From an uncultured candidate division WWE3 bacterium (lineage in GTDB: Bacteria; Patescibacteriota; WWE3; UBA101185; UBA10185), in contig CBFDCV010000001.1 in the NCBI GenBank assembly GCA_965603395.1, positions 5,389-69,388 on the forward strand: a stretch of 64,000 nucleotides of DNA, read 5' to 3'. Below are positions 9,108-18,304 of the stretch, piece by piece. The translations under genes were made by a program, and so were the position numbers. The notes beneath the pieces were generated by a model. That model did not search any database and had not been told where the DNA came from. It worked only from the letters and a program-made list of their open reading frames with translations. The stretch's first letter is position 1. Each line of letters starts with the position of its first letter.

Positions 9108-9168
9108 TGCTCGTTCTAATAAGCTGGTGATTTCAACCCACTGTGCTCGTTCTAATAAGCTGGTGATT
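9108..9168. repeat. Direct repeat of a 25-bp unit 'TGCTCGTTCTAATAAGCTGGTGATT' (2 copies, period 36) in a divergent promoter region
   Basis: Copies at 9108-9132 and 9144-9168 are identical and followed by T[CA][AT]AACC. The unit is related, in inverse orientation, to the tandem repeat at 63314-63430. Confidence 0.75.
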
Positions 9169-9178
9169 ATAACCTGCC

Positions 9179-9754
9179 ATGATATCTAGAACTCTAGTCA
9201 GACTAATAGACCAGGCCATAGTACCCGCAATACTCCTATTGTGTACTAGATTTGTGTCGGTGGTAATGCTGACTTATCTTTATGGAATTAAGTTTTCCGT
9301 TTCAGCCTCCGGATTTATTTTCAGCAACTCACAAGACTATTTGTTTATAAACTCTTATTCTACCTTGGCTATGATCGTGATCTTGGGATCGGGTCTTTTG
9401 TACATTTTGGTCAAAGCTTTATATTTTCATGATACCCATATCAGCCCTCGTTTAACCACAAAGCTTTTTCATCACAGGCTAGCTACTCTAATTCAAAGCT
9501 CTTTTGAGCTGTACTCACAAGGCGTTATCTGGCTCATCTATTTATACCTGATCAGCGCCGTGTCCATCATACTTGCGGTTTTTGACTACACCTACGGATG
9601 GATTCCCGTAGTGGCAGTTTTTCTGTGCGGAATCTCCACCATAGTTTTGATCATTGATGTAGAAAAAGAGCTGGAAGGCTTAGAGTCCGACTACCACGAA
9701 GAAGAAACTCCCGTAGGCATTCAGTTAGGAAAAAAGTATGGATTACGATCATAA
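9179..9754 (+). CDS. Hypothetical integral membrane protein
   Basis: 191 aa with about 4-5 hydrophobic helices and an acidic C-terminus. No recognisable motif. Confidence 0.35.
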   Translation: MISRTLVRLIDQAIVPAILLLCTRFVSVVMLTYLYGIKFSVSASGFIFSNSQDYLFINSYSTLAMIVILGSGLLYILVKALYFHDTHISPRLTTKLFHHRLATLIQSSFELYSQGVIWLIYLYLISAVSIILAVFDYTYGWIPVVAVFLCGISTIVLIIDVEKELEGLESDYHEEETPVGIQLGKKYGLRS

Positions 9755-10025
9755 AAAGGTGGACAAAGTAGGCAAAGTAATAGTTGATTCCTTATTGTTG
9801 GTGCTGTTATGGGCCATTTTAGCCCTACCAGTAAGCACTTTTTCCTTGATAAAACTTGATACTTCCGGCAATGACGTGCTTTCCGGGCAGAATGCACGAG
9901 AAGTTCCTGTTGTAAACAAGGATGACCAAACTAAAACCGTCAGGGATTTAGAGAGCAATACAGGGGACTTGATCGAAAGAATTAACAGCTATTCAGAAGA
10001 TAAGCGGGAAAACGTAGAGAACTAG
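9738..10025 (+). CDS. Small hypothetical protein with one TM helix
   Basis: 95 aa with an AGGA 8 nt upstream of the ATG. It overlaps the neighbouring gene ends, so its coding status is uncertain. Confidence 0.25.
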   Translation: MDYDHKKVDKVGKVIVDSLLLVLLWAILALPVSTFSLIKLDTSGNDVLSGQNAREVPVVNKDDQTKTVRDLESNTGDLIERINSYSEDKRENVEN

Positions 10026-10982
10026 AAGGATAAAAGATACCCACAAAATTACCGAGAATAATAAAGGTGCGTCCGACAACAAAACTCTAGCGGGAGATTC
10101 GCCTTCCTTTTTTTCGTAAATGACATATAGGTATCTGCCCACACCGTAAATAACAATGGGAATAGACAACATCATCCATTTGGGACTACTAAGAATTGAG
10201 GGTAGAAACGGTACTAAAGTTCTGGAAAAGATTTCCGGTGAAATATAAAATACAAATAAAGAATATGTAATTATCGAATAAGTAGCTGACATGGAAATCA
10301 TGCTGTCCAGCAGGTTGTCCGGATAATGTTTTAAGGTTTCTCTTGTTTCTCCTGTTTCTTTGCCTAAGTATTTAGCCAGCAAAGTTTTTTCTGATCTTCT
10401 TTTTCCAAAAGCTAGTAGGAGTGATAACCCTATTACCGCCAGTGTCATCCAAGAAGAGACGGAGGTTTCAGAGGCAAATCCACCGGCAAAAACCCTTATC
10501 ACAAAAAGGGTAGCGATGGTTAAAGAGTCTAATATAATGATGTTTTTTATGTACAACGTATATACAATTTGTATGAGAATATAAGTAATAATGGCAAAGG
10601 TAAAAAAGGTCCCGATAAAGCTAACGGAATATATTATCGAACCAAAAACCAAACCAAACGCTATGATCCAAGCTATTTTTTCTGATAATTTCCCTGAGGC
10701 AATAGGCCTATTCTTTTTTATGGGGTGTAAACGGTCTTTTGGTGCATCTATGATGTCATTGATAAAATAGGCTGCTGAAGACATAGCGCTAAAGGCGATA
10801 AAAGCCTGTGTGGTGTTAATAATTACAGATTGTTTGAAAAGTACCCCGGCAAATAAAGGCGCGGCAAATAGACTGAAGTTTTTCATCCACTGGCGCAGTC
10901 TGGCTGTTCTAACTATCTGATAAATGGTTCCAATCATTGGTTTAAGTATAAGCTTGGGTTGAAAAGTAAGCAAACAAAACAA
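9993..10982 (-). CDS. UbiA-family polyprenyl-phosphate prenyl/phosphoribosyl transferase (DPPR-synthase-like)
   Basis: 'ARLRQWMKN' N-terminal block, 'NDIIDAPKDRLHPIKKNRPIASG' (UbiA NDxxDxxxD...RP.xSG motif), and a polytopic membrane architecture. Confidence 0.7.
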   Translation of the reverse strand: MFCLLTFQPKLILKPMIGTIYQIVRTARLRQWMKNFSLFAAPLFAGVLFKQSVIINTTQAFIAFSAMSSAAYFINDIIDAPKDRLHPIKKNRPIASGKLSEKIAWIIAFGLVFGSIIYSVSFIGTFFTFAIITYILIQIVYTLYIKNIIILDSLTIATLFVIRVFAGGFASETSVSSWMTLAVIGLSLLLAFGKRRSEKTLLAKYLGKETGETRETLKHYPDNLLDSMISMSATYSIITYSLFVFYISPEIFSRTLVPFLPSILSSPKWMMLSIPIVIYGVGRYLYVIYEKKEGESPARVLLSDAPLLFSVILWVSFILLVLYVFPLIF

Positions 10983-11047
10983 CGTTGTAACGGATGTTAT
11001 ATTAATGTATATTGTGACTTAATCTAAAAGCAAAGGGAGGGAATACC

Positions 11048-11266
11048 ATGACCGAGCTAGTAAAGGTTGTTATTTCGTATGGTTGCGGAAGCGATGTAAA
11101 GACCAAGGAAGATGATAGTTATGTTTTCCACGAACCGCCGGTTGAGGGCACAACGTTTGAGTATGACACCCATTCGTGCAGAATTGTTAAAGTGGTAGAA
11201 CCCAAGAACGGTGGCAAGAAAACAGTTTTTGCTGTTCTAGATACAAAACCGGCGGGATCACAATAG
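11048..11266 (+). CDS. Hypothetical small protein
   Basis: 72 aa with a strong SD (GGAGGG) 7 nt upstream. No recognisable motif. Confidence 0.35.
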   Translation: MTELVKVVISYGCGSDVKTKEDDSYVFHEPPVEGTTFEYDTHSCRIVKVVEPKNGGKKTVFAVLDTKPAGSQ

Positions 11267-11276
11267 GAGGGAAGAA

Positions 11277-11795
11277 ATGAAAGCCAAAGTCTTTATCAAA
11301 GGTCTGGATTCAGATAGAGAAATACCGGATAAGTATTATTTTCCTATCGTAAACTGCCCGGGGGATGTTTCTGTTGGCGATATAGTCAGGTTTGATGGAA
11401 AAGCTTTTTACTATTATCCCCACAACTTTGTAGTTACCCAAGTCTGGAGAAGTCTTAGGAGCTCTCTGATCGGGCAGTGGTGGTACTATTTAACAAAAGG
11501 TGGTCCGCCGCCCTGGGGGAAAAAAATTCAACTGGAAGTAAGTAGTGATCTAGACATACTCAAGAAAACCCAGGTCAAGATTGTAGTAAACACCTATGAC
11601 TTAAAGGGTAACCTTGTTGAAAAGAACACTGACTTTTTTGAAAGCTCGGTCTACGTAATACCAAGAATAGGTGAGCTCTTTGAGTACAAGAACAGCTTTC
11701 TTGAAGTTGTCGAAGTTAAACATCGTCCCGATTGGAAATACTCAATCATCATAACTCTTCGGCTGCTCGGCTTGTCGCCTGGTGACCTTAGCTAA
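11277..11795 (+). CDS. Hypothetical protein
   Basis: 172 aa with a strong SD (AGGAGGG) upstream. Trp/Tyr-rich with no recognisable domain. Confidence 0.4.
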   Translation: MKAKVFIKGLDSDREIPDKYYFPIVNCPGDVSVGDIVRFDGKAFYYYPHNFVVTQVWRSLRSSLIGQWWYYLTKGGPPPWGKKIQLEVSSDLDILKKTQVKIVVNTYDLKGNLVEKNTDFFESSVYVIPRIGELFEYKNSFLEVVEVKHRPDWKYSIIITLRLLGLSPGDLS

Positions 11796-11799
11796 GTTT

Positions 11800-11846
11800 A
11801 GCCTTCTGAGATCATACAAATTGAAACAATTTGACCTCAGAAGGCT
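11800..11846 (+). terminator. Nested palindrome / long hairpin immediately after the stop codon (possible terminator or structured RNA)
   Basis: 11-bp perfect arms AGCCTTCTGAG...CTCAGAAGGCT enclose an inner palindrome CAAATTG-AAA-CAATTTG, followed by a moderately T-rich stretch. Confidence 0.35.
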
Positions 11847-11928
11847 TAGATCTTTCTTGACTGCAGCATGTGCTAAAAACCCCCGCCAAACGATTAATAA
11901 GCACACCAATTAAAAGGAGGTGGACAAC

Positions 11929-12183
11929 GTGAGGCCGGTAAAAACAGGTGACAAAATCTCCATTGGCAATAAGACTTATGTCTTTACCAAGAACTCAGCA
12001 AATATATTCAACATCGCACTTAAAATCAAAAATAGAGAGGGGAGATGGCCTACGGGAACTCTATCTATTAGAAATTTCACGGAAGCTGGGATTAAGCACT
12101 ATAAACCAGGTTTTTTTGAAATAGCTACTGTAGCTGATGCCGTAGAGAAAACACAAAAAGGAGAATCCGGCTCACTCCCATAG
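11929..12183 (+). CDS. Hypothetical small protein (GTG start)
   Basis: GGAGG lies 8 nt upstream of GTG 11929; the GTG at 11920 is too close to the SD. About 84 aa with no recognisable motif. Confidence 0.3.
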   Translation: MRPVKTGDKISIGNKTYVFTKNSANIFNIALKIKNREGRWPTGTLSIRNFTEAGIKHYKPGFFEIATVADAVEKTQKGESGSLP

Positions 12184-12226
12184 GGGCACTTTTGCTAGAA
12201 AGTAAAGGTGTCCTTTTTACTCTTCA

Positions 12227-12895
12227 TTATTCACACAACTTATAACCAAAACCATAAACAGTCTTGATTAGCTTTTTTTCATAGGGACGGTCTACTTTGT
12301 CACGAAGGCTTTTTATATGCACCTCCAACGTGTTGGATACCGTTTCAAAGCCCATTTCCCACACCTGCTCCAATAACCTCTCTTTAGAGACAATTCTCCC
12401 CTTGCTTAGCATTAAACATTCTAATAGTTCAAACTCTTTTCTAGAAAGTACAATGCGCTGACCGCCTCTGACTACTTCTTTTGCATGTAAATCCATTTTC
12501 AGCTCCCCTACGCTAAGCACATTCGAGCCCTTTACACCGTTAGCTTTTTTTATCAAACTTCTCAAATAGGCCACAAGCTCTCTAACCTGAACCGGCTTTG
12601 TTAAAACTGCGTCGGCTCCGCAGTCTAAAGAATCCAGCTTTCTTTCCAGATCATCCTCTTCAAGCAGCACTATGATGGGAATTTCTTGATCATCTTCTCT
12701 GGTAACCTTACACAAATCAGTATTTTCCATATCTCCAAGATCAGCTTCTACTACAATGGCGGCGTAGTCATTAACTTGGGAAAGATAAACACCTTCTTCT
12801 TGGTTATGAGCCACATCTAATAGATAGTGCTTGTTTACTTCTGAGCACATATCGACGGCAGATTCGGCATCATTGTTTACGAACAATACCCTCAT
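12227..12895 (-). CDS. OmpR/PhoB-family response regulator, atypical receiver domain, orphan
   Basis: C-terminal winged helix 'LSRKEFELLECLMLSKGRIVSKERLLEQVWE...TLEVHIKSLRDKV...VYGFGYKL'. A receiver fold is present but the acidic pocket reads 'VNNDAE', the phospho-site appears to be E ('IVVEADLGD') and the conserved T is L. No histidine kinase is adjacent. Confidence 0.65.
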   Translation of the reverse strand: MRVLFVNNDAESAVDMCSEVNKHYLLDVAHNQEEGVYLSQVNDYAAIVVEADLGDMENTDLCKVTREDDQEIPIIVLLEEDDLERKLDSLDCGADAVLTKPVQVRELVAYLRSLIKKANGVKGSNVLSVGELKMDLHAKEVVRGGQRIVLSRKEFELLECLMLSKGRIVSKERLLEQVWEMGFETVSNTLEVHIKSLRDKVDRPYEKKLIKTVYGFGYKLCE

Positions 12896-12948
12896 ACCAT
12901 TGCTTATAACTATAAGTATTCAGATTAATATTAAAAGAATATTAACTT

Positions 12949-14481
12949 TTACTTTTCTGGCAGGGAATCTTCTGGTGCTATTATATCTTTTTTAAATCTC
13001 AGGTTCAGCATGACAATGACAAAAGCCACCAGACCAACCATAGTAAGACCCATTTGAATAGTAAGTTTTTCCGCTGTTAAATAACCGATGCCTCCAAAAA
13101 TTATTGTGGTTATCCAATAAAATAACGCAATTCTTCTGATACTCCAACCTCTGTTGAGAAGTATGTGGTGTAAATGGCCCCTATCTCCTCTTAGCGGATT
13201 TTTCCTTTGTATCAGTCTTCTTACTACCGTTACAAAAGCGTCCAAAAAAGGTATCAGTATGATGATTATCGAAGTTAGCACCTTGCTATTAATTAAAATG
13301 GACAAAACTGCTAACACTAGCCCGGCTGACATGGCTCCAAATCCCCATAAAATTTTGGATGGTTGCCAAGTAAATTTCACAAATCCCAAAGCCAATCCCG
13401 CAGATATGGCTGCCAAAACTGCTACTCTCATATCTTCAACTTTCAAAGGCACGAACCTTAGAGCCAGCAACACAATTAAAATGCTAGCAATACCAACTAT
13501 GCCCGCGTATTGACCATCAATACCATTGGACCAAGACAAAACATTAAGCACCCATACGATCCAAAACGTAGTAATAATACCCGATATGATTTGCGAATTG
13601 AAAAGTAGAACGCCGCCGCCAAATGGGCTCGAAATGGAAAATATCTTAGTGCCTAAAACAGAAATCATAGACACTACTAGAAATAACAAGCCCAATCTTA
13701 CATAAGGGTTTTCCAAAAATCTAAACTGAGTTTCAGGATGTGTGTTTTGATAATCATCGAGAATCCCTAACAAAGATATTAATAACAGAGCAATGTAAAA
13801 TACGATCAATTTGGGAGGAAATCCCACAAAAACAATAGCCAAAACCAAGAAGGCAATGCCGTATACAAAACCTCCCCCACGCGCTGACGGCTCTGATAAG
13901 AGCATGCCCGGATGGGAATGTATTTGGGGACTTGTTACTATATCCCTTTCTTGCGCATACTTGATAAATCTGGGAAGTACAAAATGCATAGACATAAAAG
14001 CTACAAAGGCCGGAATCAAAAGATCCAGATAAGTGGGATTTATTACCGGTTCGAAAGGGGCGGAGGCTTTAAAAATTATTCTCAACAAAGAGAAGGTAAG
14101 TAAAATATTTGAGCTAATGGTAAAGATGCCCACTAAAGTTACCCCATACCTAACGTAGTATCTCCTAATGGGAATTGTGAAGATCAAACCGACTGCCATA
14201 ATAAGAAAAGCTGCTATGGGAAAAAGATATAACCATGACTTTTCCACTAGTTGATAATCGCCCCACATTCTTGTATACCAAAATGGTACCTGGGAGTTAA
14301 CAAAGATAAATCTCAGTTTTAAATAAATTAGCTGAAATATAATTATGGCGGAGTTTGCTACCAAAATTCCTATAATCTTATCGGAAAATCTTTTTTTCAA
14401 ATCTCCTATTGTTTTTTTGAATTTTATATAATTTTTGCTGTAAATAACCTTGTTGATCAAAGGTTTTAAAAACTCGTTCAT
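12949..14481 (-). CDS. Glycosyltransferase family 4 polyprenol-phosphate sugar-1-phosphate transferase (WecA/MraY-like) with an N-terminal extension
   Basis: Polytopic, with 'LGILDDYQN' (the DDxxD-like Mg site) and a C-terminal 'RGDRGHLHHILLNRGWSIRRIALFYW' (WecA-type DRxHLHH motif). 510 aa. Confidence 0.55.
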   Translation of the reverse strand: MNEFLKPLINKVIYSKNYIKFKKTIGDLKKRFSDKIIGILVANSAIIIFQLIYLKLRFIFVNSQVPFWYTRMWGDYQLVEKSWLYLFPIAAFLIMAVGLIFTIPIRRYYVRYGVTLVGIFTISSNILLTFSLLRIIFKASAPFEPVINPTYLDLLIPAFVAFMSMHFVLPRFIKYAQERDIVTSPQIHSHPGMLLSEPSARGGGFVYGIAFLVLAIVFVGFPPKLIVFYIALLLISLLGILDDYQNTHPETQFRFLENPYVRLGLLFLVVSMISVLGTKIFSISSPFGGGVLLFNSQIISGIITTFWIVWVLNVLSWSNGIDGQYAGIVGIASILIVLLALRFVPLKVEDMRVAVLAAISAGLALGFVKFTWQPSKILWGFGAMSAGLVLAVLSILINSKVLTSIIIILIPFLDAFVTVVRRLIQRKNPLRGDRGHLHHILLNRGWSIRRIALFYWITTIIFGGIGYLTAEKLTIQMGLTMVGLVAFVIVMLNLRFKKDIIAPEDSLPEK

Positions 14482-14496
14482 ATTTATAAGGATATC

Positions 14497-16050
14497 TTAG
14501 CGAACTTTAGGAGTGTGGTACAAATCCTTCATCCTCTTTCCAAACATCATTCTTGTTTGGGCATCTATAAATGGGAAGAAAGAAAAGGTGAGCAAGTTGA
14601 TCACTACTATCATGCCTTCCAAATTAGTAAATATCTTTCTCCAGAGTGACCACTCTTTTGGCATAGGCGGCGTAAGCTTAGCTCGGTAGTATGTAGGCGG
14701 TATTAGAAATACTAGAGTAAATGTTAGCACCCAACTTATGGCATCAGGAAGGCTATAGGCAAAACTGCTTTGTTTAATGGCAGGGTTTACCAAGGTTAAA
14801 ATTGTGAATCCAAAAGTTAGTAAATAAACCATATTTACCATAATTATCCTAGTCTTGAAATGATCATATGTCCACAAAACTTTCTTAAAGAATGGTATTT
14901 TTTTATTTTTTACAAATACCTTCAAGGATAATGGAACTTCTAAAGCTCCCCAGCCCCATCTAAGTAGCTGTTTATACAAACTCTTATGAGCGTCCCAATA
15001 GTTTTTACCCTCCACTGCATCTGCTGAATATGGAATAAAGTGCTGTGCTAGTTTAAAATCTCCATCCCTTACATAAAAAGCCCGCCAAAAAAATATAGTG
15101 TCGTCCACACCTATCTGCACATCCCAATAATTACAGTCGATCAAAGTCTGCAGAGAGCATGAATAGGCTGCAAAAGTCTCCTTTGTAAGGGTGCTAAGCC
15201 CCCACGGCACACTTCTGTGGGATAAGGTTCCCAGGGTTACAAAGTTGGCTTCTATCCTTGGCATTGAGGGCACTCTCCAATGGTTATTATTAAAAAGATG
15301 TACAGCAGTTGAGTAAAAGTGGTTATCCCGTTTGTCAGTTGTTAAATAAAGATATGTTAGCCTAGCCATATATTGTCTATCAGCAATGTGATCAGCATCA
15401 AAAGATGAAAAAATATAGTTTCTTGGATTTTCTTCTATGCTTTCTAAATGTCTGACAGCATGACCAGATCCCCATGTCCTGTTTGCTCCTCCCACGCCCT
15501 TAGCTTCTCCGGGCATACCAGCCGGGTGGACATAAATCAACACATTGTCAAATTTATCTTTATGAGGCATTACAACTTTTTTAATTGTCTCTTTGGTTTC
15601 TTTTGAAGGTTTTTCTTCGATTGTATACACTAGTGTAAAACTTTTTGTATTGTAAGTTTGATTTAATAAAGCATCAAAAGACTCTTTTATAACCTCGTAA
15701 GGTTCGTTTACACAGGGTATGAGAATGAAGTGCTTTGTTTTCTCTAGTGAGGGGGGTAGGGTTTTCTTATCGGGAAGATCATTAAAATCCAGTTCCAAAC
15801 ATCTATTATTCCAATCCTCTGCCATTTCTCTTTTATGTCTTGGATAGCCAATTACCAATCCCACAGTATTCATAACCGCTAAGTATGACCAATATAAGGT
15901 TATGAATGTTAGTATATAAACCATGGCTTGGGGATAGATTATCCCCAACCACACCGGACTTAAAATAACAGTCCATGTAAGCAAACCGGGAATTATTTCA
16001 CCCAAACGCTGAATTAATCTGTCATGTTTTTCTAACTCTACTAAGCTCAT
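14497..16050 (-). CDS. Processive family-2 glycosyltransferase (cellulose/chitin-synthase-like), membrane-embedded
   Basis: D,D,D motifs ('FDADHI') and a Q(Q/R)xRW motif 'YKQLLRWGWGALE'. TM helices at both ends. Confidence 0.6.
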   Translation of the reverse strand: MSLVELEKHDRLIQRLGEIIPGLLTWTVILSPVWLGIIYPQAMVYILTFITLYWSYLAVMNTVGLVIGYPRHKREMAEDWNNRCLELDFNDLPDKKTLPPSLEKTKHFILIPCVNEPYEVIKESFDALLNQTYNTKSFTLVYTIEEKPSKETKETIKKVVMPHKDKFDNVLIYVHPAGMPGEAKGVGGANRTWGSGHAVRHLESIEENPRNYIFSSFDADHIADRQYMARLTYLYLTTDKRDNHFYSTAVHLFNNNHWRVPSMPRIEANFVTLGTLSHRSVPWGLSTLTKETFAAYSCSLQTLIDCNYWDVQIGVDDTIFFWRAFYVRDGDFKLAQHFIPYSADAVEGKNYWDAHKSLYKQLLRWGWGALEVPLSLKVFVKNKKIPFFKKVLWTYDHFKTRIIMVNMVYLLTFGFTILTLVNPAIKQSSFAYSLPDAISWVLTFTLVFLIPPTYYRAKLTPPMPKEWSLWRKIFTNLEGMIVVINLLTFSFFPFIDAQTRMMFGKRMKDLYHTPKVR

Positions 16051-16838
16051 ATTTTAAATAGACGGCAGGTGTTTTGATAAGTATATTTTTCTATCTCTTC
16101 TTGTGGGGTATTCCTTATCCGGGCAACTTTAGCGGCCGTTATTGTAACATATTTGGGATAATTTATTTCTCCCCTATGACCTTGTGGGGGTAAAAAAGGA
16201 GCATCTGTTTCCAAAAGGAGCCGGTCTCTGGGAATATTTTTCACAGCTTCCAGTAGTTTTTTGCTCGCTGAAGGATAGGTTACTATACCCGAAAATGAAA
16301 CGTAAAAGTCTCTGTGTAACAAATCTTTAGCAAAATCCCAATCGGAAGTATAGCAATGAGCTACACCGGTAAGCTTAGTATCCTTATATAGTTGTAAAAC
16401 GTCCAGTAACTCAGGGTCGGAGTTCCTGTTGTGCAAAACCGCCGGCAGTTCCCTTTGCACGGCAAGTCCCAGCTGCATTTTAAACAATTCACGCTGTTCC
16501 TCAATATCCCTGGTTTCATAATCAACCTCACCTTGAGGAACGTCCAAACCGCACTCACCTATTCCTACAATGCTGCTTGGGTAAGAACTTAGAATTTCCT
16601 TAATACCCTCTTCCATATCATACAAACTCTTATCTAAATCCTCATGGGGGTGCACACCCACAACAGCGAAAACGTTATCGTGCGCTCTAGCCAACTCAAC
16701 TGCCTTTTTGCTATCTTCCAAAGATGTACCAATAGTAACAATCTTTTCTACTCCTGATTTTGTTGATTCTTCCACGACCTTGGCTATTTCCTGCTCATAT
16801 TTTTTGTCATGAAGATGACAATGTGAATCAATCAGCAT
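16047..16838 (-). CDS. tatD: TatD-family metal-dependent DNase/hydrolase
   Basis: 'MLIDSHCHLHD' N-terminal signature and a TIM-barrel hydrolase pattern. Start placed at the internal ATG because the track start is a TTG at 16859. Confidence 0.85.
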   Translation of the reverse strand: MLIDSHCHLHDKKYEQEIAKVVEESTKSGVEKIVTIGTSLEDSKKAVELARAHDNVFAVVGVHPHEDLDKSLYDMEEGIKEILSSYPSSIVGIGECGLDVPQGEVDYETRDIEEQRELFKMQLGLAVQRELPAVLHNRNSDPELLDVLQLYKDTKLTGVAHCYTSDWDFAKDLLHRDFYVSFSGIVTYPSASKKLLEAVKNIPRDRLLLETDAPFLPPQGHRGEINYPKYVTITAAKVARIRNTPQEEIEKYTYQNTCRLFKI

Positions 16839-16859
16839 ACGGTTAATCAATTCTAACAA

Positions 16860-18284
16860 CTATTTGATTCTGGGAAAGAGGGCGTCTTGCGCCCTTATCT
16901 TTTCCTGTCCAAACTGCTCTTGTATTTTCTTTGCTGTGTCGGGCATAAAGGGCTCTATCTGCTTGGCCACCTTCCTTACTTGAAGGACTTCATGGCTTAG
17001 AATCTCTTTAAGTTTCTTTTTATCTTCAATTGCCCACGGTTCATTTTCATTTATGTGTTTGTCCAAGCTTGCCAGCTCTTGCCATATGTTTTGCAGTATC
17101 TTGTCCACTCTAAAGTCCTTAATTGGTTCGAATAGCTTTTTATCAAGTTCTTGTGAATTTTTATCAAGAGGAAAAGCTTCCTCCGAGTTTTCTGCTAACT
17201 TAGCTACTCTAGCTACTGAGTTTCCCAAACCGTTAGCTAACTCTCCATTATAAACTTCTTTTAGTTGTGTTTTATAAAGGTTCGAGTCTTCACCAATAGG
17301 TCCGTTTTTTAGTAAGTAGTACCTTATGGCATCCACACCATACTCCTTTACTAACTCTCTTGGCCGAACAACATTGCCTAAAGATTTACTAATTTTCTTT
17401 CCTTCCAGGTTTAAAAAACCGTGCACATATACCACATCCGGAAGTCTGTGCCCGGCACTCTTTAGCATGGCCGGCCACAAAAGAGTGTGCCATCTGGCAA
17501 TATCTTTACCTACAAAATGTATGATTCTAGTATCATCGCCCCAAAATCCTTTTTGTGAGCCTTCAGTAAAATAATTTATCAAGGCATCAAACCACACGTA
17601 TATGACCTGCTCCGGATCGTTCGGAGTAGTAATTCCCCAAGAAACCTTGTACTTAGGCCTGGAAACCGTAATGTCCTTCAAACCCGCTTCCAAAAAAGCT
17701 AGCATTTCCGATCTTTTCCCATCAGGTAATACAACTAGTTCATTTGATCCGATTAGTTTTTTTAGAAAACTTTCATATTTCGACCATTTAAAAAAATAGT
17801 TTTCTTCATTAAGTTTTTGGATTTCTATTGTGGTGTGGTTTGAACACTGTCCGTCCTCATTAAGTTCAGATAAAGTTTTGTGCGCAGAACATCCCACGCA
17901 GTAAAATCCCTCATAATTATCTTTGTAAATATCTCCGTTATCAAAGGCTTTTTTGAAAAACGCGGCTGCTGTTTTTTCATGATCCTTATCTGTGGTTCTT
18001 ATAAATCGGTCGTATGAAATGTTTAATGAATCAATCTCTTTTTTGTTTGCCGTAGACACTTTTGTCACATGTTCGATGGGTGTAAGATCTTTTTCTTCAG
18101 CCGCTTTCTGATTAGTAGTACCGTGTTCATCCGTACCGGTAGTAAAAAGTACGTTTTTGTCACCTTTAATTATTCGAAAATATCTGGCCACACAATCGGC
18201 CAAGATTTTCTCGTACGCATGCCCGACGTGGATAACATCGTTAGTATAATCTATAGCGGTTGTAATAAATACTTTTTTGTTCAT
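16860..18284 (-). CDS. metG: Methionine--tRNA ligase (short form)
   Basis: HIGH-type 'HVGHAY', KMSKS-type 'KISKSLGN', a Zn-knuckle 'CVGCSAHK...CSNH', and a '[10 protein letters not shown]' anticodon-domain block. Confidence 0.9.
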   Translation of the reverse strand: MNKKVFITTAIDYTNDVIHVGHAYEKILADCVARYFRIIKGDKNVLFTTGTDEHGTTNQKAAEEKDLTPIEHVTKVSTANKKEIDSLNISYDRFIRTTDKDHEKTAAAFFKKAFDNGDIYKDNYEGFYCVGCSAHKTLSELNEDGQCSNHTTIEIQKLNEENYFFKWSKYESFLKKLIGSNELVVLPDGKRSEMLAFLEAGLKDITVSRPKYKVSWGITTPNDPEQVIYVWFDALINYFTEGSQKGFWGDDTRIIHFVGKDIARWHTLLWPAMLKSAGHRLPDVVYVHGFLNLEGKKISKSLGNVVRPRELVKEYGVDAIRYYLLKNGPIGEDSNLYKTQLKEVYNGELANGLGNSVARVAKLAENSEEAFPLDKNSQELDKKLFEPIKDFRVDKILQNIWQELASLDKHINENEPWAIEDKKKLKEILSHEVLQVRKVAKQIEPFMPDTAKKIQEQFGQEKIRAQDALFPRIK

Positions 18285-18304
18285 GATAATGAGTGCCTGA
18301 TATT

